Positions 48,753-58,410 of a stretch of DNA of 64,000 nucleotides are shown here, piece after piece (positions within the stretch are counted from its first letter, which is position 1; each line of letters opens with the position of its first letter). This DNA comes from Patescibacteria group bacterium. Lineage in GTDB: Bacteria; Patescibacteriota; Gracilibacteria; UBA4473. A program made the position numbers and the translations under genes. Below the pieces are notes generated by a model. It was not told the origin of the DNA and ran no database searches. It was given only the letters and a program-made list of their open reading frames with translations. The DNA is taken from positions 288,001-352,000 of the forward strand of contig CBFIAK010000001.1 in NCBI GenBank assembly GCA_965660445.1. The letters are read 5' to 3'.

Positions 48753-48878
48753 ACGAATCTCCTTTGTTTATTTATGAATATGTTGTATTATTTCCAATGT
48801 GAAAGAACTTTGTGATTACAAGTGTTATGAATGGTTTTTATGCCATCATAAAAGCACATATGTAATCATTTCTATAAA

Positions 48879-48903
48879 TACATTTTATTTACTGATTAGT
48901 CAA
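48879..48903 (-). promoter_or_regulatory. TTGACT-N14-ATGTA upstream motif (copy C)
   Basis: Same spacing as copies A and B. Confidence 0.55.
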
Positions 48904-48971
48904 GTGCTTTTCAGGATGTAAAAGTGAATGAAAGTATTGAGTTTTCTTGATTTTCATGGTATAATTAAGTG

Positions 48972-50609
48972 ATGTCTGATAGTAATCAGTTGCAACATTT
49001 ACAAAGTATAAACCGTGAATTCGAAGAACGAGAGGTTGAATCTCGTGCTCGAAGTATGGGGATTGGATTTATAAATTTAGAAAAAGAGCATATTGCTTTT
49101 GATACATTACAAGTGATCTCAAAGCTTGATGCCTCAAAATACGGAGTATTGCCTTATTACAAAAACGGAAACCGGATTCATGTGGGCGTGCTAGATCCTG
49201 AAGATCCTAATACAAAAGCGTATTTAGAAATACTGAGAAAAAAATATATTGTTGAGGTTGCATTAACTTCTCGTACAGGGTTTGAGAACAAACTTTCAAT
49301 ATATGATTCTCCTTTATTGCAAAAGAAAAAAGAAGAACTTTCTCCTTTAGTGGCAGGGAAAAGTAGTGATTTGGATACAAATTTTCAAAAGAATATTGAA
49401 AATTTTGTATCATTTCGAGAAAAAATACAAAGCCTTTCTGGGCATCAAGCGTTCAATGAAATAAAAACAATGGCATTACATCTTGGAGTGTCGGATATTC
49501 ACCTAGAACCTTTTGAGAAAACCATATTTTTACGGTTTCGGATTGATGGTATCTTGTATGATATTTTTGAGATACCAATAGAACAAGCAGAAAAAATAAT
49601 TCTTCGTATTAAGTATGAAAGTGGTGTAAAATCAAATATAAAAACAGTGCCTCAAGATGGACATATTGATTACGAATACGAAGGTCGGAAAATTCATTTT
49701 CGAGTTTCATTGATTCCAACTCCATTCGTAGAATCAATTGTGCTTCGAGTGCTGGATCCTCAAAAAGGAAAATCTGATTTAGCACACTTAGGGTTTGATG
49801 ATTTTCTGCGTCAAAAGATAGAAAAAGAATTGATTCGAACTCAAGGGCTTGTTTTGGTCACTGGTCCAACAGGAAGTGGAAAAACAACATCTCTTTATGC
49901 ACTACTTCAAAAACTTAATGTTCGAGAAAAGAAGTTAGTAACGCTCGAAGATCCTATTGAGTATAGAATATCAGGAGTAAGTCAGTCACAAATAGATCCA
50001 AACGAAAACTATACCTTTGAAACAGGGTTTCAATCAGTATTGCGTCATGACCCAGACGTTATTTTAGTGGGAGAGATCAGAAGTCGTGAAACCGCAAGAC
50101 TGGCATGTGAAGCCTCTATGACAGGGCATTTGGTCTTGAGTTCTTTGCATACTAATTCTGCTATACAATCGATTGGACGACTTCGAAACTTAGGGATTGA
50201 TGATTTTAATATCGCTCCTTCTTTGAACATGATTATCGCTCAAAGATTGATTCGAAAGATACATCCTGATAGATGTATTAATGTTGAACTTCCTCTTGAA
50301 AATGAACGGTTTCGCCATGCGATTGATCGATTGAAACAGGTATTTCCTCAGTTAACAGTTCCTCAGACTATCCGACGTGATAAGGAAAGTGAAGACTATC
50401 CAAGTCCTTATGAAGGAAGAATGGCGATTGCAGAAATTTTGCGAGTAAATGATGATGTTCAAGAACTTATTCTTCAACGAAAATCGACAAGAGAAATTCA
50501 AAAATTTTTACAAGAAAAAACAGATTACCTTACTTTGTTTGAATACGGAGTTTTAAAAGTATTACAAGGAGAAACAACACTTGAGGAAGTATATCGAGTG
50601 GCAGGGTAG
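48972..50609 (+). CDS. pilB: Type IV pilus/T2SS assembly ATPase (PilB/GspE family)
   Basis: SDIHLEP, PQDG, GPTGSGKTT, EDPIEY, LRHDPD...GEIR, TGHLV.S.LHTN. Confidence 0.92.
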   Translation: MSDSNQLQHLQSINREFEEREVESRARSMGIGFINLEKEHIAFDTLQVISKLDASKYGVLPYYKNGNRIHVGVLDPEDPNTKAYLEILRKKYIVEVALTSRTGFENKLSIYDSPLLQKKKEELSPLVAGKSSDLDTNFQKNIENFVSFREKIQSLSGHQAFNEIKTMALHLGVSDIHLEPFEKTIFLRFRIDGILYDIFEIPIEQAEKIILRIKYESGVKSNIKTVPQDGHIDYEYEGRKIHFRVSLIPTPFVESIVLRVLDPQKGKSDLAHLGFDDFLRQKIEKELIRTQGLVLVTGPTGSGKTTSLYALLQKLNVREKKLVTLEDPIEYRISGVSQSQIDPNENYTFETGFQSVLRHDPDVILVGEIRSRETARLACEASMTGHLVLSSLHTNSAIQSIGRLRNLGIDDFNIAPSLNMIIAQRLIRKIHPDRCINVELPLENERFRHAIDRLKQVFPQLTVPQTIRRDKESEDYPSPYEGRMAIAEILRVNDDVQELILQRKSTREIQKFLQEKTDYLTLFEYGVLKVLQGETTLEEVYRVAG

Positions 50610-50637
50610 AACGATTTTTTTTTCTGTTTTCTTCTAC

Positions 50638-50669
50638 AAAAAAGCTCCAATAGTATGGAGCTTTTTTTT
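50638..50669. terminator. Bidirectional terminator
   Basis: AAAAAAGCTCCA/TGGAGCTTTTTT. Confidence 0.8.
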
Positions 50670-50689
50670 GTTTTGTATTGTATTGAATG

Positions 50690-52171
50690 TTAGATTTCTT
50701 CCCAGTTCCCGCCAAAGTACTGAGCAGAAATATTGTTTTTTTCAGGGAGTAATACCCATTTTTTATCATTCGTGAGTTGGTATATATTTCCTGGAGCAGG
50801 AATAAAGATATCTGTTTTTTGATGATTTTTGAGTTCTTTGAGTTTGTCTCGTAACGTCATCATTGCAGTGTCTTCTCCGTGGACGAGAAAGGTTGCTTTT
50901 GGTCGACCTACATTTTCTGCAAATCGCAAGAGTCCTCTTTGATCAGCATGAGCAGAGAATGCATTAAATATCTTGACATCAGCATTCAGTGGATACGGAT
51001 CACCGAAGATATTAATAACAGGTTCTTTTTCGACTAGTTTTCGCCCAAGCGTATTTTGAGCCATGAAACCAATAATAAGAATAAGGTTTTTCTCATCGGT
51101 GATATTGTTTTTTAAATGATGACGAATTCGTCCTGCCTCACACATTCCACTGGCAGAAATAATAATACATGATCCAGGAAAATCATTGAGTGATTTTGAT
51201 TCCTCTACATCACGTACGAAATGAAGATTTTCACCTCTTGGACGGAATGGATCTTGACCTCTTTCAAACATTTTATGAAGTTCTCGGTCATAGCATTCTG
51301 GGTGTAGCTGAAAAATCTCTGTAGCAGAAGTTGCCAGTGGAGAATCTACAAAAATAGGAATTTGTGGTATTTTCCCTGCGTGTTCAAGTTCTCGAATGAT
51401 ATAGAGCACTTCTTGAGTTCGTCCAACTGCAAAAGAAGGAATAATTATTTTTCCACCTCGTTCATATGTCTCTTGAATACTTTGTGCAAACAAATCTTCT
51501 ACATCAGCGATTTCGTCATGAAATCGGTTTCCATAGGTTGATTCAGTAAGGAAAACGTCCGCATCATGCAGTTGTACTGGGTCTTTTAAGATAGGGAGAT
51601 TTCGTCGTCCGAGATCACCTGTAAAAACAAGTCGAATGTCTTGTTGAGTATCTAGATCATGGATTTCCCATTCTTCAGTGGCTGATCCAAGAATATGTCC
51701 TGCATCATGAAACGTTACTTTTACTTTTGGAGCAGGATGAAATGATTGTTCATATCCAACTGACCGAAAAAATCCCAATGTTTTTTCTGCGTCAGCAATT
51801 GTATAGAGTGGTGTTGCATTTGGGTCTTTGTTTTTCTTTTTAATCCATTCAGCATCTTTTTCTTGAATATAAGCCGAGTCTTTGAGCATGATACTGCATA
51901 GATCACGAGTTGCGTGTGTGCAGTAAATAGGTCCCTCAAATCCTTTTTTAACCAATAAAGGTAGCAATCCTGCATGATCTATATGGGCATGCGAAAGAAC
52001 AACTGAATCGATGCGATGGGCATCAAAAGGAAAGTTTTCGTTGGCAGCAATAGTTTCAAACCGTCTTCCTTGAAAAAGTCCACAGTCAAGAAGAATCTGT
52101 TTTCCGTTTATATGGAGTAAGTGTTTGGATCCCGTGACATTTCGAGCGGCTCCGGCAAATTCTATTTTCAT
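50690..52171 (-). CDS. MBL-fold beta-CASP ribonuclease
   Basis: SHAHIDHAG, AGHILGS, ESTYG, SASGM, FSAHAD. Confidence 0.93.
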   Translation of the reverse strand: MKIEFAGAARNVTGSKHLLHINGKQILLDCGLFQGRRFETIAANENFPFDAHRIDSVVLSHAHIDHAGLLPLLVKKGFEGPIYCTHATRDLCSIMLKDSAYIQEKDAEWIKKKNKDPNATPLYTIADAEKTLGFFRSVGYEQSFHPAPKVKVTFHDAGHILGSATEEWEIHDLDTQQDIRLVFTGDLGRRNLPILKDPVQLHDADVFLTESTYGNRFHDEIADVEDLFAQSIQETYERGGKIIIPSFAVGRTQEVLYIIRELEHAGKIPQIPIFVDSPLATSATEIFQLHPECYDRELHKMFERGQDPFRPRGENLHFVRDVEESKSLNDFPGSCIIISASGMCEAGRIRHHLKNNITDEKNLILIIGFMAQNTLGRKLVEKEPVINIFGDPYPLNADVKIFNAFSAHADQRGLLRFAENVGRPKATFLVHGEDTAMMTLRDKLKELKNHQKTDIFIPAPGNIYQLTNDKKWVLLPEKNNISAQYFGGNWEEI

Positions 52172-52327
52172 GAAATAAGAGTGTTTATGTGTATATGAAA
52201 AATTCTTTTTATTGTATCATAAGTGTATCAGAAATACAAGGAATACAAATCTATTTTCTCTTTCAAAACAAGAGTATCGTTTTTTTTTGAAGCTTTCATT
52301 CTCTGTTTTTTGGTGTATGAACTTTGT

Positions 52328-52355
52328 TTGACAAACAAAAAATATTGACTAGAGT
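52328..52355 (+). promoter_or_regulatory. sigma70 promoter of rpmB
   Basis: TTGACA-N16-TAGAGT. Confidence 0.65.
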
Positions 52356-52382
52356 GATTGAGCATTTTTTTATATTGAACCG

Positions 52383-52757
52383 ATGTCACGAATCTGCGCC
52401 CTTACCGGAAAACGAACAAGAACAGGGAATAATCGCCCATTTTCATTAAAAGCCACTCGACGTGAATTTCGTCCGAATTTGTTTACCAAACGGGTTTTTA
52501 ATCCGAAAACAGGACGAATGGAAAAAGTGAAATTATCAGCAAAAGCCATTAAAACTTTGAAAAAATGGGAACGGGAAATGTTTGGTGATGTGCTTGTGCC
52601 TCAAGAACAAGAAGCTGGAACAGGAAAACATATCAAAAAAGATAAATTGACTCCAAAACAAAAGAAAGAATTAGCAGCAGCCCAAGAAATGGCTCAAAAA
52701 GAAATGGCAAAACCAGGAATTGTGAAAGATATGGAAACAAAAAAGAAAGGCGAATAA
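52383..52757 (+). CDS. rpmB: 50S ribosomal protein L28 with C-terminal extension
   Basis: MSRIC.LTGK....GNN..S...TRR.F.PNL. Confidence 0.92.
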   Translation: MSRICALTGKRTRTGNNRPFSLKATRREFRPNLFTKRVFNPKTGRMEKVKLSAKAIKTLKKWEREMFGDVLVPQEQEAGTGKHIKKDKLTPKQKKELAAAQEMAQKEMAKPGIVKDMETKKKGE

Positions 52758-52782
52758 AGATTTCTTTTTGTATTCTTATTAG

Positions 52783-53253
52783 ATGAGTATTTTAATTCTT
52801 GAAAACATACGGTCCTTACATAATGTGGGATCGTTTTTTCGTACGGCTGATGGAGCAGGGGTTTCGAAAATTTATTTATCTGGATATACGGGAACACCAC
52901 CCGATAGACGTATTGAAAAAGTTTCGCTTGGGGCTGAGGATTTTGTGGAATGGGAGCATGTGGTTGATCCTTTGTTGGTATGTGCAAACCTAAAACAAAA
53001 AGGGTATGAAATTATTGCTGTAGAGCAAACAGCTCGTTCTGAGGATATGTTTTTGATGCACTGTGAATATAATCGTACGGTATTTATTTTTGGAAACGAA
53101 GTAGAAGGAGTGAGCGATGATCTTTTGTCTATTGCTGATAGACATCTTGAAATCCCTATGTTTGGAAAAAAATCATCACTCAATGTATCTGTTGCGGGGG
53201 GAATAGTGCTGTATGCGATGAGAGAAGAATCGCTTCAGAAAAGGGGGAAATAA
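52783..53253 (+). CDS. SpoU/TrmH-family RNA methyltransferase
   Basis: NIRS.HNVGS.FRT, GNE..GV, IPM.G...SLNVS. Confidence 0.93.
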   Translation: MSILILENIRSLHNVGSFFRTADGAGVSKIYLSGYTGTPPDRRIEKVSLGAEDFVEWEHVVDPLLVCANLKQKGYEIIAVEQTARSEDMFLMHCEYNRTVFIFGNEVEGVSDDLLSIADRHLEIPMFGKKSSLNVSVAGGIVLYAMREESLQKRGK

Positions 53254-53311
53254 AATTGTGTTTTCGTGTTGAGGTTGTATACTAAGAGCAAATATACACA
53301 CAAACATTGTT

Positions 53312-53821
53312 ATGAATACGTCACCTTCGTCTCATTCTACATTTGTTACCCTTATGGCTTGTTTTTTTATAGCGTTAGTCGTAGGGAGTATTGGGTTTTA
53401 TCAATGGCGATTATACCAACTCAAAAATGCAATTTCTCTTACCGAAAGTCGTATTAAAACAAAGCAATCAAGTGTTGAGTCGTTAGCGGGTGGAGTGTCT
53501 TTTTCTGAGTTTCTACAAGCGTTTGAGTCAGTAGAAAACGCACGTGATTATAGAATACAATGGTCAGAAGTGGCATCGTTTGTGTTGGCGTTTGAATCAC
53601 CAACTATGCGGTTTACTAATTTTTCTTCTACGGAGTCTCAACAGATTTCCGTCACTGCGACAGCACCCACAATGAGGGATGTGCAAACACTGCTTCAAAA
53701 AATACAAACACAGTCTGCCAAAGCTTCAAATTTATTTCTTACTTCTTTAAGGAAACAGAAAAATAGTGCAGGGGTAGATGAATATGGATTTGTATTTACT
53801 TTTCAGTTTTTATCTTCATGA
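53312..53821 (+). CDS. PilN-like pilus assembly protein
   Basis: TM plus coiled coil, RIQWS, C-terminal beta strands; upstream of pilO/pilC. Confidence 0.7.
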   Translation: MNTSPSSHSTFVTLMACFFIALVVGSIGFYQWRLYQLKNAISLTESRIKTKQSSVESLAGGVSFSEFLQAFESVENARDYRIQWSEVASFVLAFESPTMRFTNFSSTESQQISVTATAPTMRDVQTLLQKIQTQSAKASNLFLTSLRKQKNSAGVDEYGFVFTFQFLSS

Positions 53822-54330
53822 GAGCGTGGCATATCTTAACATTTTTAGTTGGAGTTATAGTGTTGGGAACATATGTCCAGCCGTTGCGGGAAGATGTGCG
53901 AAACCAAGAACGAGTTTTCCAAACAAAAGAGTCTGAAATAGAGACATTAAATGAACAATTAAATACCATTACACAACTACAAAAAGAGAAATCAGAGTTT
54001 GCAAGCGAATTTGTAGACTCTATTCCTCTTGCTCCTGAGCAAGATGCATTATTACAAGATCTTTATACCCTCACTCTTCGGCATGGGTTTGTTTTTGATG
54101 CCGTTTCGTTTACTCGAGGAGAAAACCCGCAAGTCGGTATTCGTGAGATACGAGCTTCTTTTAATACAGAAGGATCAAAACGAAACCTTATTCCTTTCTT
54201 GAAATCCATTGAAGAAAATAAACGGTTTTTGGGGTTAAAGAATTTGAGTATTACTACTTCTTCAGAAGGCAGCACAGAAACGGTTCGGTTTGGAGTGGAT
54301 ATCTATGCGTTTTATCAACAAGATGAATAA
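53818..54330 (+). CDS. PilO-like pilus assembly protein
   Basis: IP.......L..L, G.......FL..IE...R. Confidence 0.8.
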   Translation: MRAWHILTFLVGVIVLGTYVQPLREDVRNQERVFQTKESEIETLNEQLNTITQLQKEKSEFASEFVDSIPLAPEQDALLQDLYTLTLRHGFVFDAVSFTRGENPQVGIREIRASFNTEGSKRNLIPFLKSIEENKRFLGLKNLSITTSSEGSTETVRFGVDIYAFYQQDE

Positions 54331-55496
54331 TGAGTATACAAACCCACAAATCAAAGAAAACACAACGACGATCTATCATTTACGGAGTAACTGATCGGCG
54401 AGGAGATCCTTTGGCACAGAAACTGAATGATTTTATTATTGATCGTACGACCATATCGTTAAAACAAAAAAGTTTGTTTTTTCATTCGTTGCAATTATTA
54501 GTGAGTTCGGGTGTTGAGTTCACAAAAGCATTAAAAATTCTCGCTGATCGACAAAGAAATGAGCGTTTTCATCGAGTTCTTGATACGATAGTATATGACA
54601 TGATGATGGGGGGAAAAAGTTTTTCTGATGCGTTATCAAAATACCCACAAATATTTACCCAGTCTGATGTGAAAGTGATTTATGCAGGAGAAATATCAGG
54701 AACTATTGAAGAAAATTTGGCTTCGCTTTCTCGTCAGATTTCAAAAAATCTTGAAGTGCAAATGCGAGTACAGTCTGCTTTAATGTACCCAATTACAGTT
54801 TTGGTCGCTATTATATTGGCTGTTTTTGTGGTTATGCTATGGGTTGTCCCTCGGTTTATGGTGCTTTTTAAGGATTTTCCAGCGTCTCAGTTACCGTTTT
54901 CAACAAAAGTATTGATGGGAGTTTCTGAATGGTTTCAGTTGTATTGGTGGATGATGGCTTTTTTTATAGGAGGAGGATGGATAATGTTTCGAAACTGGAA
55001 ACAAACAGAAATTGGAAAACGGGAATGGCACGGGTTTGTATTATCAATTCCAAAAGTGAGAGATATTGTTTCACAAATTCAAACGATTCAGATTGCCAGT
55101 AATTTTTCGAGTTTAATGCAGGCGGGAATTCCTGTAGAGAAAGTATTAAAAATCATTAGTCAGATTGTCTCCAATAGTGTGGTTGGTGATGCTTTAGCAC
55201 AAGTACAGAGAGATACGGTGCAGGGGGTGCCATTGCATGAAGCGTTTCAGCGTCAGTCAGTATTGGATGAAACGTTATCGGAAGTGATTGAAATTGGAGA
55301 ACAAACAGGAAATATTCCAGAAATACTCAAAAAAACATCAGATCAATATGAAATGGAAGTTGATAGTCAATTGAAGAATATAAATACCATTATAGAACCA
55401 GTGATTATTATTGTTATGGGAGGAATGGTGGTATTTATGGCATTGGCGATTCTGACTCCGATTTTGCAGTTGCAAGAATTGTTTACAACCGTATAA
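54330..55496 (+). CDS. pilC: Type IV pilus platform protein PilC/GspF
   Basis: S.SDAL..YP..F, GE.SG, SALMYP, GEQTG, IEP. Confidence 0.93.
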   Translation: MSIQTHKSKKTQRRSIIYGVTDRRGDPLAQKLNDFIIDRTTISLKQKSLFFHSLQLLVSSGVEFTKALKILADRQRNERFHRVLDTIVYDMMMGGKSFSDALSKYPQIFTQSDVKVIYAGEISGTIEENLASLSRQISKNLEVQMRVQSALMYPITVLVAIILAVFVVMLWVVPRFMVLFKDFPASQLPFSTKVLMGVSEWFQLYWWMMAFFIGGGWIMFRNWKQTEIGKREWHGFVLSIPKVRDIVSQIQTIQIASNFSSLMQAGIPVEKVLKIISQIVSNSVVGDALAQVQRDTVQGVPLHEAFQRQSVLDETLSEVIEIGEQTGNIPEILKKTSDQYEMEVDSQLKNINTIIEPVIIIVMGGMVVFMALAILTPILQLQELFTTV

Positions 55497-56009
55497 ATGA
55501 AAAAAAAGAAAGGGTTCTCGTTGATGGAGATGGTGGTGAGTATGGTTATCATTGGGTTATTATCGAGTGTAGTAACTCCTACTTTTTTAGGGTATCAGCG
55601 CCAACGAGCATTTGATTTTTCGGTAGATATATTACAGACCAGTTTCTACCAAGCGTTTTCGAATGCACGGTCAGGGATTACTATCGTGAGTATTGAGGGG
55701 CATCAGAATGCTTCTGGATATACGATTTTTGAGTGTCCTTATAATGAGAATATTCGATGTGATGGTGATGTTAAAGAGAGTGTTATTACTTTTATCGATT
55801 ATGAAAACGGAATAAGGAATGAAACGAGTTTCTTTTTACAGTTTTTGCCTCCACTTGGAAATATTGATATTCAGAATTCTCATATACACAATACTTCATT
55901 AAATAATACAGAAGGGAGTCAGTTGACCCTTGTACAAGAATCAACGGAAAAGAAAAGAAGTTTACGGGTATACCCAAGATCAGGATTTATAGAAGCTATA
56001 TTTGAATGA
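55497..56009 (+). CDS. Minor pilin (FimU/GspH-like)
   Basis: KKG-FSLMEMVV prepilin motif. Confidence 0.85.
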   Translation: MKKKKGFSLMEMVVSMVIIGLLSSVVTPTFLGYQRQRAFDFSVDILQTSFYQAFSNARSGITIVSIEGHQNASGYTIFECPYNENIRCDGDVKESVITFIDYENGIRNETSFFLQFLPPLGNIDIQNSHIHNTSLNNTEGSQLTLVQESTEKKRSLRVYPRSGFIEAIFE

Positions 56010-56542
56010 TACAATTGAAACCTCGATATCGACAAGGGTTTTCCATTATACAAGTAGTGGTTTCTATTGTGATTTTCGGAATGACTATGTCGACAACGGT
56101 TTCATTGGTGGGGGGTGTTGTGCGTCAAAATGTCGATAATAAAAACAGAATTACCGCTATTTATCTAGCGCAAGAATGCGTAGAATTAGCCCGGAACGTG
56201 CGAGATAGTGCATGGAAACAGTATTATCCTTGGGATTGTGCGTTTGATACGGTTGGGGCATATACAATTGAACCTTTCTCTATTACAAATAGATTACTTC
56301 AGCCCGATACATATATGCCTTTGTGTCAGAAAGATTTTGGAGTACACGTGACTCTAGCAGCAGAAAAAAATATTTTTTTTCTGAATTCTAATCGGTACAC
56401 ACATACCGAAGGAGGGGAAAATACTGGGTTTTCTCGAGTATTAAAACGAAAAGATGATATTTTGTTTTCGTGTGAAGTGCAGTGGGGTGAAAATGAGGTA
56501 GTAGAAATTCCGTTTTATTTAACTGATTGGAACCAACAATGA
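56006..56542 (+). CDS. Minor pilin (PilV-like), Gln instead of Glu at +5
   Basis: QG-FSIIQVVV; A.YLAQE..E..RN.RD. Confidence 0.85.
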   Translation: MIQLKPRYRQGFSIIQVVVSIVIFGMTMSTTVSLVGGVVRQNVDNKNRITAIYLAQECVELARNVRDSAWKQYYPWDCAFDTVGAYTIEPFSITNRLLQPDTYMPLCQKDFGVHVTLAAEKNIFFLNSNRYTHTEGGENTGFSRVLKRKDDILFSCEVQWGENEVVEIPFYLTDWNQQ

Positions 56543-57066
56543 ATTACAAAAAACAAGGGGTTACGCTGATTGAACTCTTAGTAGTGATTGTCACTTCTGC
56601 GATTGTGCTTTCGAGTGTAGTGGCGAGTTTTGCATCGCTTGTGGGGGTCGTGGAAAAAATAGATGTGTCGAGACAACTTCAAAAAGAAATACATTTTGCA
56701 CTTGTGAGAGTGGCTGATAGTATGCGAGCGTATGGGATTGATTATGAAGCGTATGAGGGAGGCGACTGTATGGGGCAATCAAAAGAATCGGCAACAAAAG
56801 TCTGTTTTGGGAATGGTTTTGTCTTTGAGAAGAAAAAAAGAGAGAACCGTGAGCATTCGGGATTTTTTATGAATGGAGAACCTTTGTTTTCATCTGTATT
56901 TCATGTGAATGACGTGAATGTATTTGATATCACTCCTCGGGAGAAAGACGATATGAAAAACTATCAACCAAAAGTGACCATTTATCTTGATGTTGTTTCA
57001 AGACAGTATCCCGATATTTCGTTTCAAATTCAAACAACTATTTCTTCACGAGTGTATAACCAATGA
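56539..57066 (+). CDS. Minor pilin (PilW-like)
   Basis: KQG-VTLIELLVV; C-terminal QTTISSR. Confidence 0.85.
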   Translation: MNYKKQGVTLIELLVVIVTSAIVLSSVVASFASLVGVVEKIDVSRQLQKEIHFALVRVADSMRAYGIDYEAYEGGDCMGQSKESATKVCFGNGFVFEKKKRENREHSGFFMNGEPLFSSVFHVNDVNVFDITPREKDDMKNYQPKVTIYLDVVSRQYPDISFQIQTTISSRVYNQ

Positions 57067-57875
57067 TGAATGTTTTCTTTCGAGTTCAAAAGAGATGTTT
57101 AAAAAAATCTCCTCGAAAGCAGGGGTATGTGCTTTTGGTTACGTTTTTACTATCAGGTTTTATTCTTACGTTAGGGCTAGGACTCGCTCATGTAATAACT
57201 CAAGAAATTCAGTTCTCAGCAGACTTGTTATGGGGAGAGAAATCGTATTTTGCTGCTGAATCAGGGGTTGAGTATGCACTTTTGGATTTAAAAACACAAC
57301 CTGTTTCTTTTGTGCAATCAGAAATGATTCTATCCTCAAACGATGTATCGTTTTTTCTAGAGAATGGAAATCAGGTGAAGGAGTATCAAAAAACACTTCA
57401 ACCACTCGAAGCTTTACAGTTTCGATTACAAAAAGATATTGATATTACGAAAGAGTCTGATATTGAGTTTGGGATTCCAAACTCAATTTCTGTCTCACAG
57501 ATGGCTTTTTGGGAATTACAGTGTCAGAATGCAGCTGAAGTACAGGCTCTTTCTGGAAATATCGAGTCTCAGCGGAGTGTTCTCATAAGGGAAATGGAAT
57601 CTGAAAATACAGCCCCTCCCCAAAAAATCTCTGATTTTTTAGAGAATTTAGATGAAGATGCTATGTGTTTTCTTACTTTAGAAAACCTGAGTGACACAAA
57701 TATAATTGATATTGTATTACAATCACACGAAGAAGATTCTGATCAGTTTACACCTCCCATAGCAACGGTGAAATCACGAGGTGTTGCGGGAGGTCGAGAG
57801 AAAATTATTCAGTTTGAGTATGCACAGAAAAATTTAACACGGTTATTTCGATTTGGGTTTTTGAATCAAAACTAA
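57063..57875 (+). CDS. Minor pilin (PilX-like)
   Basis: QG-YVLLVT (no E5); SYFAAESGVE.AL. Confidence 0.82.
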   Translation: MMNVFFRVQKRCLKKSPRKQGYVLLVTFLLSGFILTLGLGLAHVITQEIQFSADLLWGEKSYFAAESGVEYALLDLKTQPVSFVQSEMILSSNDVSFFLENGNQVKEYQKTLQPLEALQFRLQKDIDITKESDIEFGIPNSISVSQMAFWELQCQNAAEVQALSGNIESQRSVLIREMESENTAPPQKISDFLENLDEDAMCFLTLENLSDTNIIDIVLQSHEEDSDQFTPPIATVKSRGVAGGREKIIQFEYAQKNLTRLFRFGFLNQN

Positions 57876-57910
57876 ACCAGTTGACAAATATTGAAAAAAA
57901 AATAATGTAT

Positions 57911-57970
57911 GGACGCGTTTCTACGCAGACGGGCAGAAGTGTTGAATATGTTTCAACCCCCGCTGAGTGA
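57911..57970 (+). promoter_or_regulatory. Structured rplU leader (candidate L21 autoregulatory leader)
   Basis: GC-rich island with GCGT/ACGC, CGGG/CCCG and GTTGAA/TTCAAC stems after TTGACA at 57881. Confidence 0.5.
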
Positions 57971-57989
57971 TTCTTAATATTTTATTCTT

Positions 57990-58313
57990 ATGATAGCAAT
58001 CGTACAAATTGGAGGTCATCAAGCTTTAGTACAAAAAGGTGAGGTGATTGAAGTTGATAAACTTGATGCCGAAGTGGGATCAGAAATTTCGTTTGAAACA
58101 TTACTTGTTTCAGAAACTGATGGAAATAATTTTGCTGTTGGATCACCTACTTTAAAAGATGTAAGTGTGAAAGCAAAAGTTTTAGAACAAGGAAAAGGAG
58201 ACAAAATTCGTATATTTAAAATGAAACCTCGAAAACGGTACCGTCGAACACAAGGACACCGACAAGAGTATACATTGATTGAAATTACTGAAATTTCAAC
58301 ATCAAAAAAATAA
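57990..58313 (+). CDS. rplU: 50S ribosomal protein L21
   Basis: M.AIV..GG.Q, K.K.RK.YRR.QGHRQ.YT. Confidence 0.97.
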   Translation: MIAIVQIGGHQALVQKGEVIEVDKLDAEVGSEISFETLLVSETDGNNFAVGSPTLKDVSVKAKVLEQGKGDKIRIFKMKPRKRYRRTQGHRQEYTLIEITEISTSKK

Positions 58314-58410
58314 GCTGTAAAAGAAGAGAAAGAGGATTCTAAAAAAGAGACTTCAAAAAAAACATCAGCAAAACCAAAAGCTGATACTAAAAAATAAACC
58401 TATTTGATGT

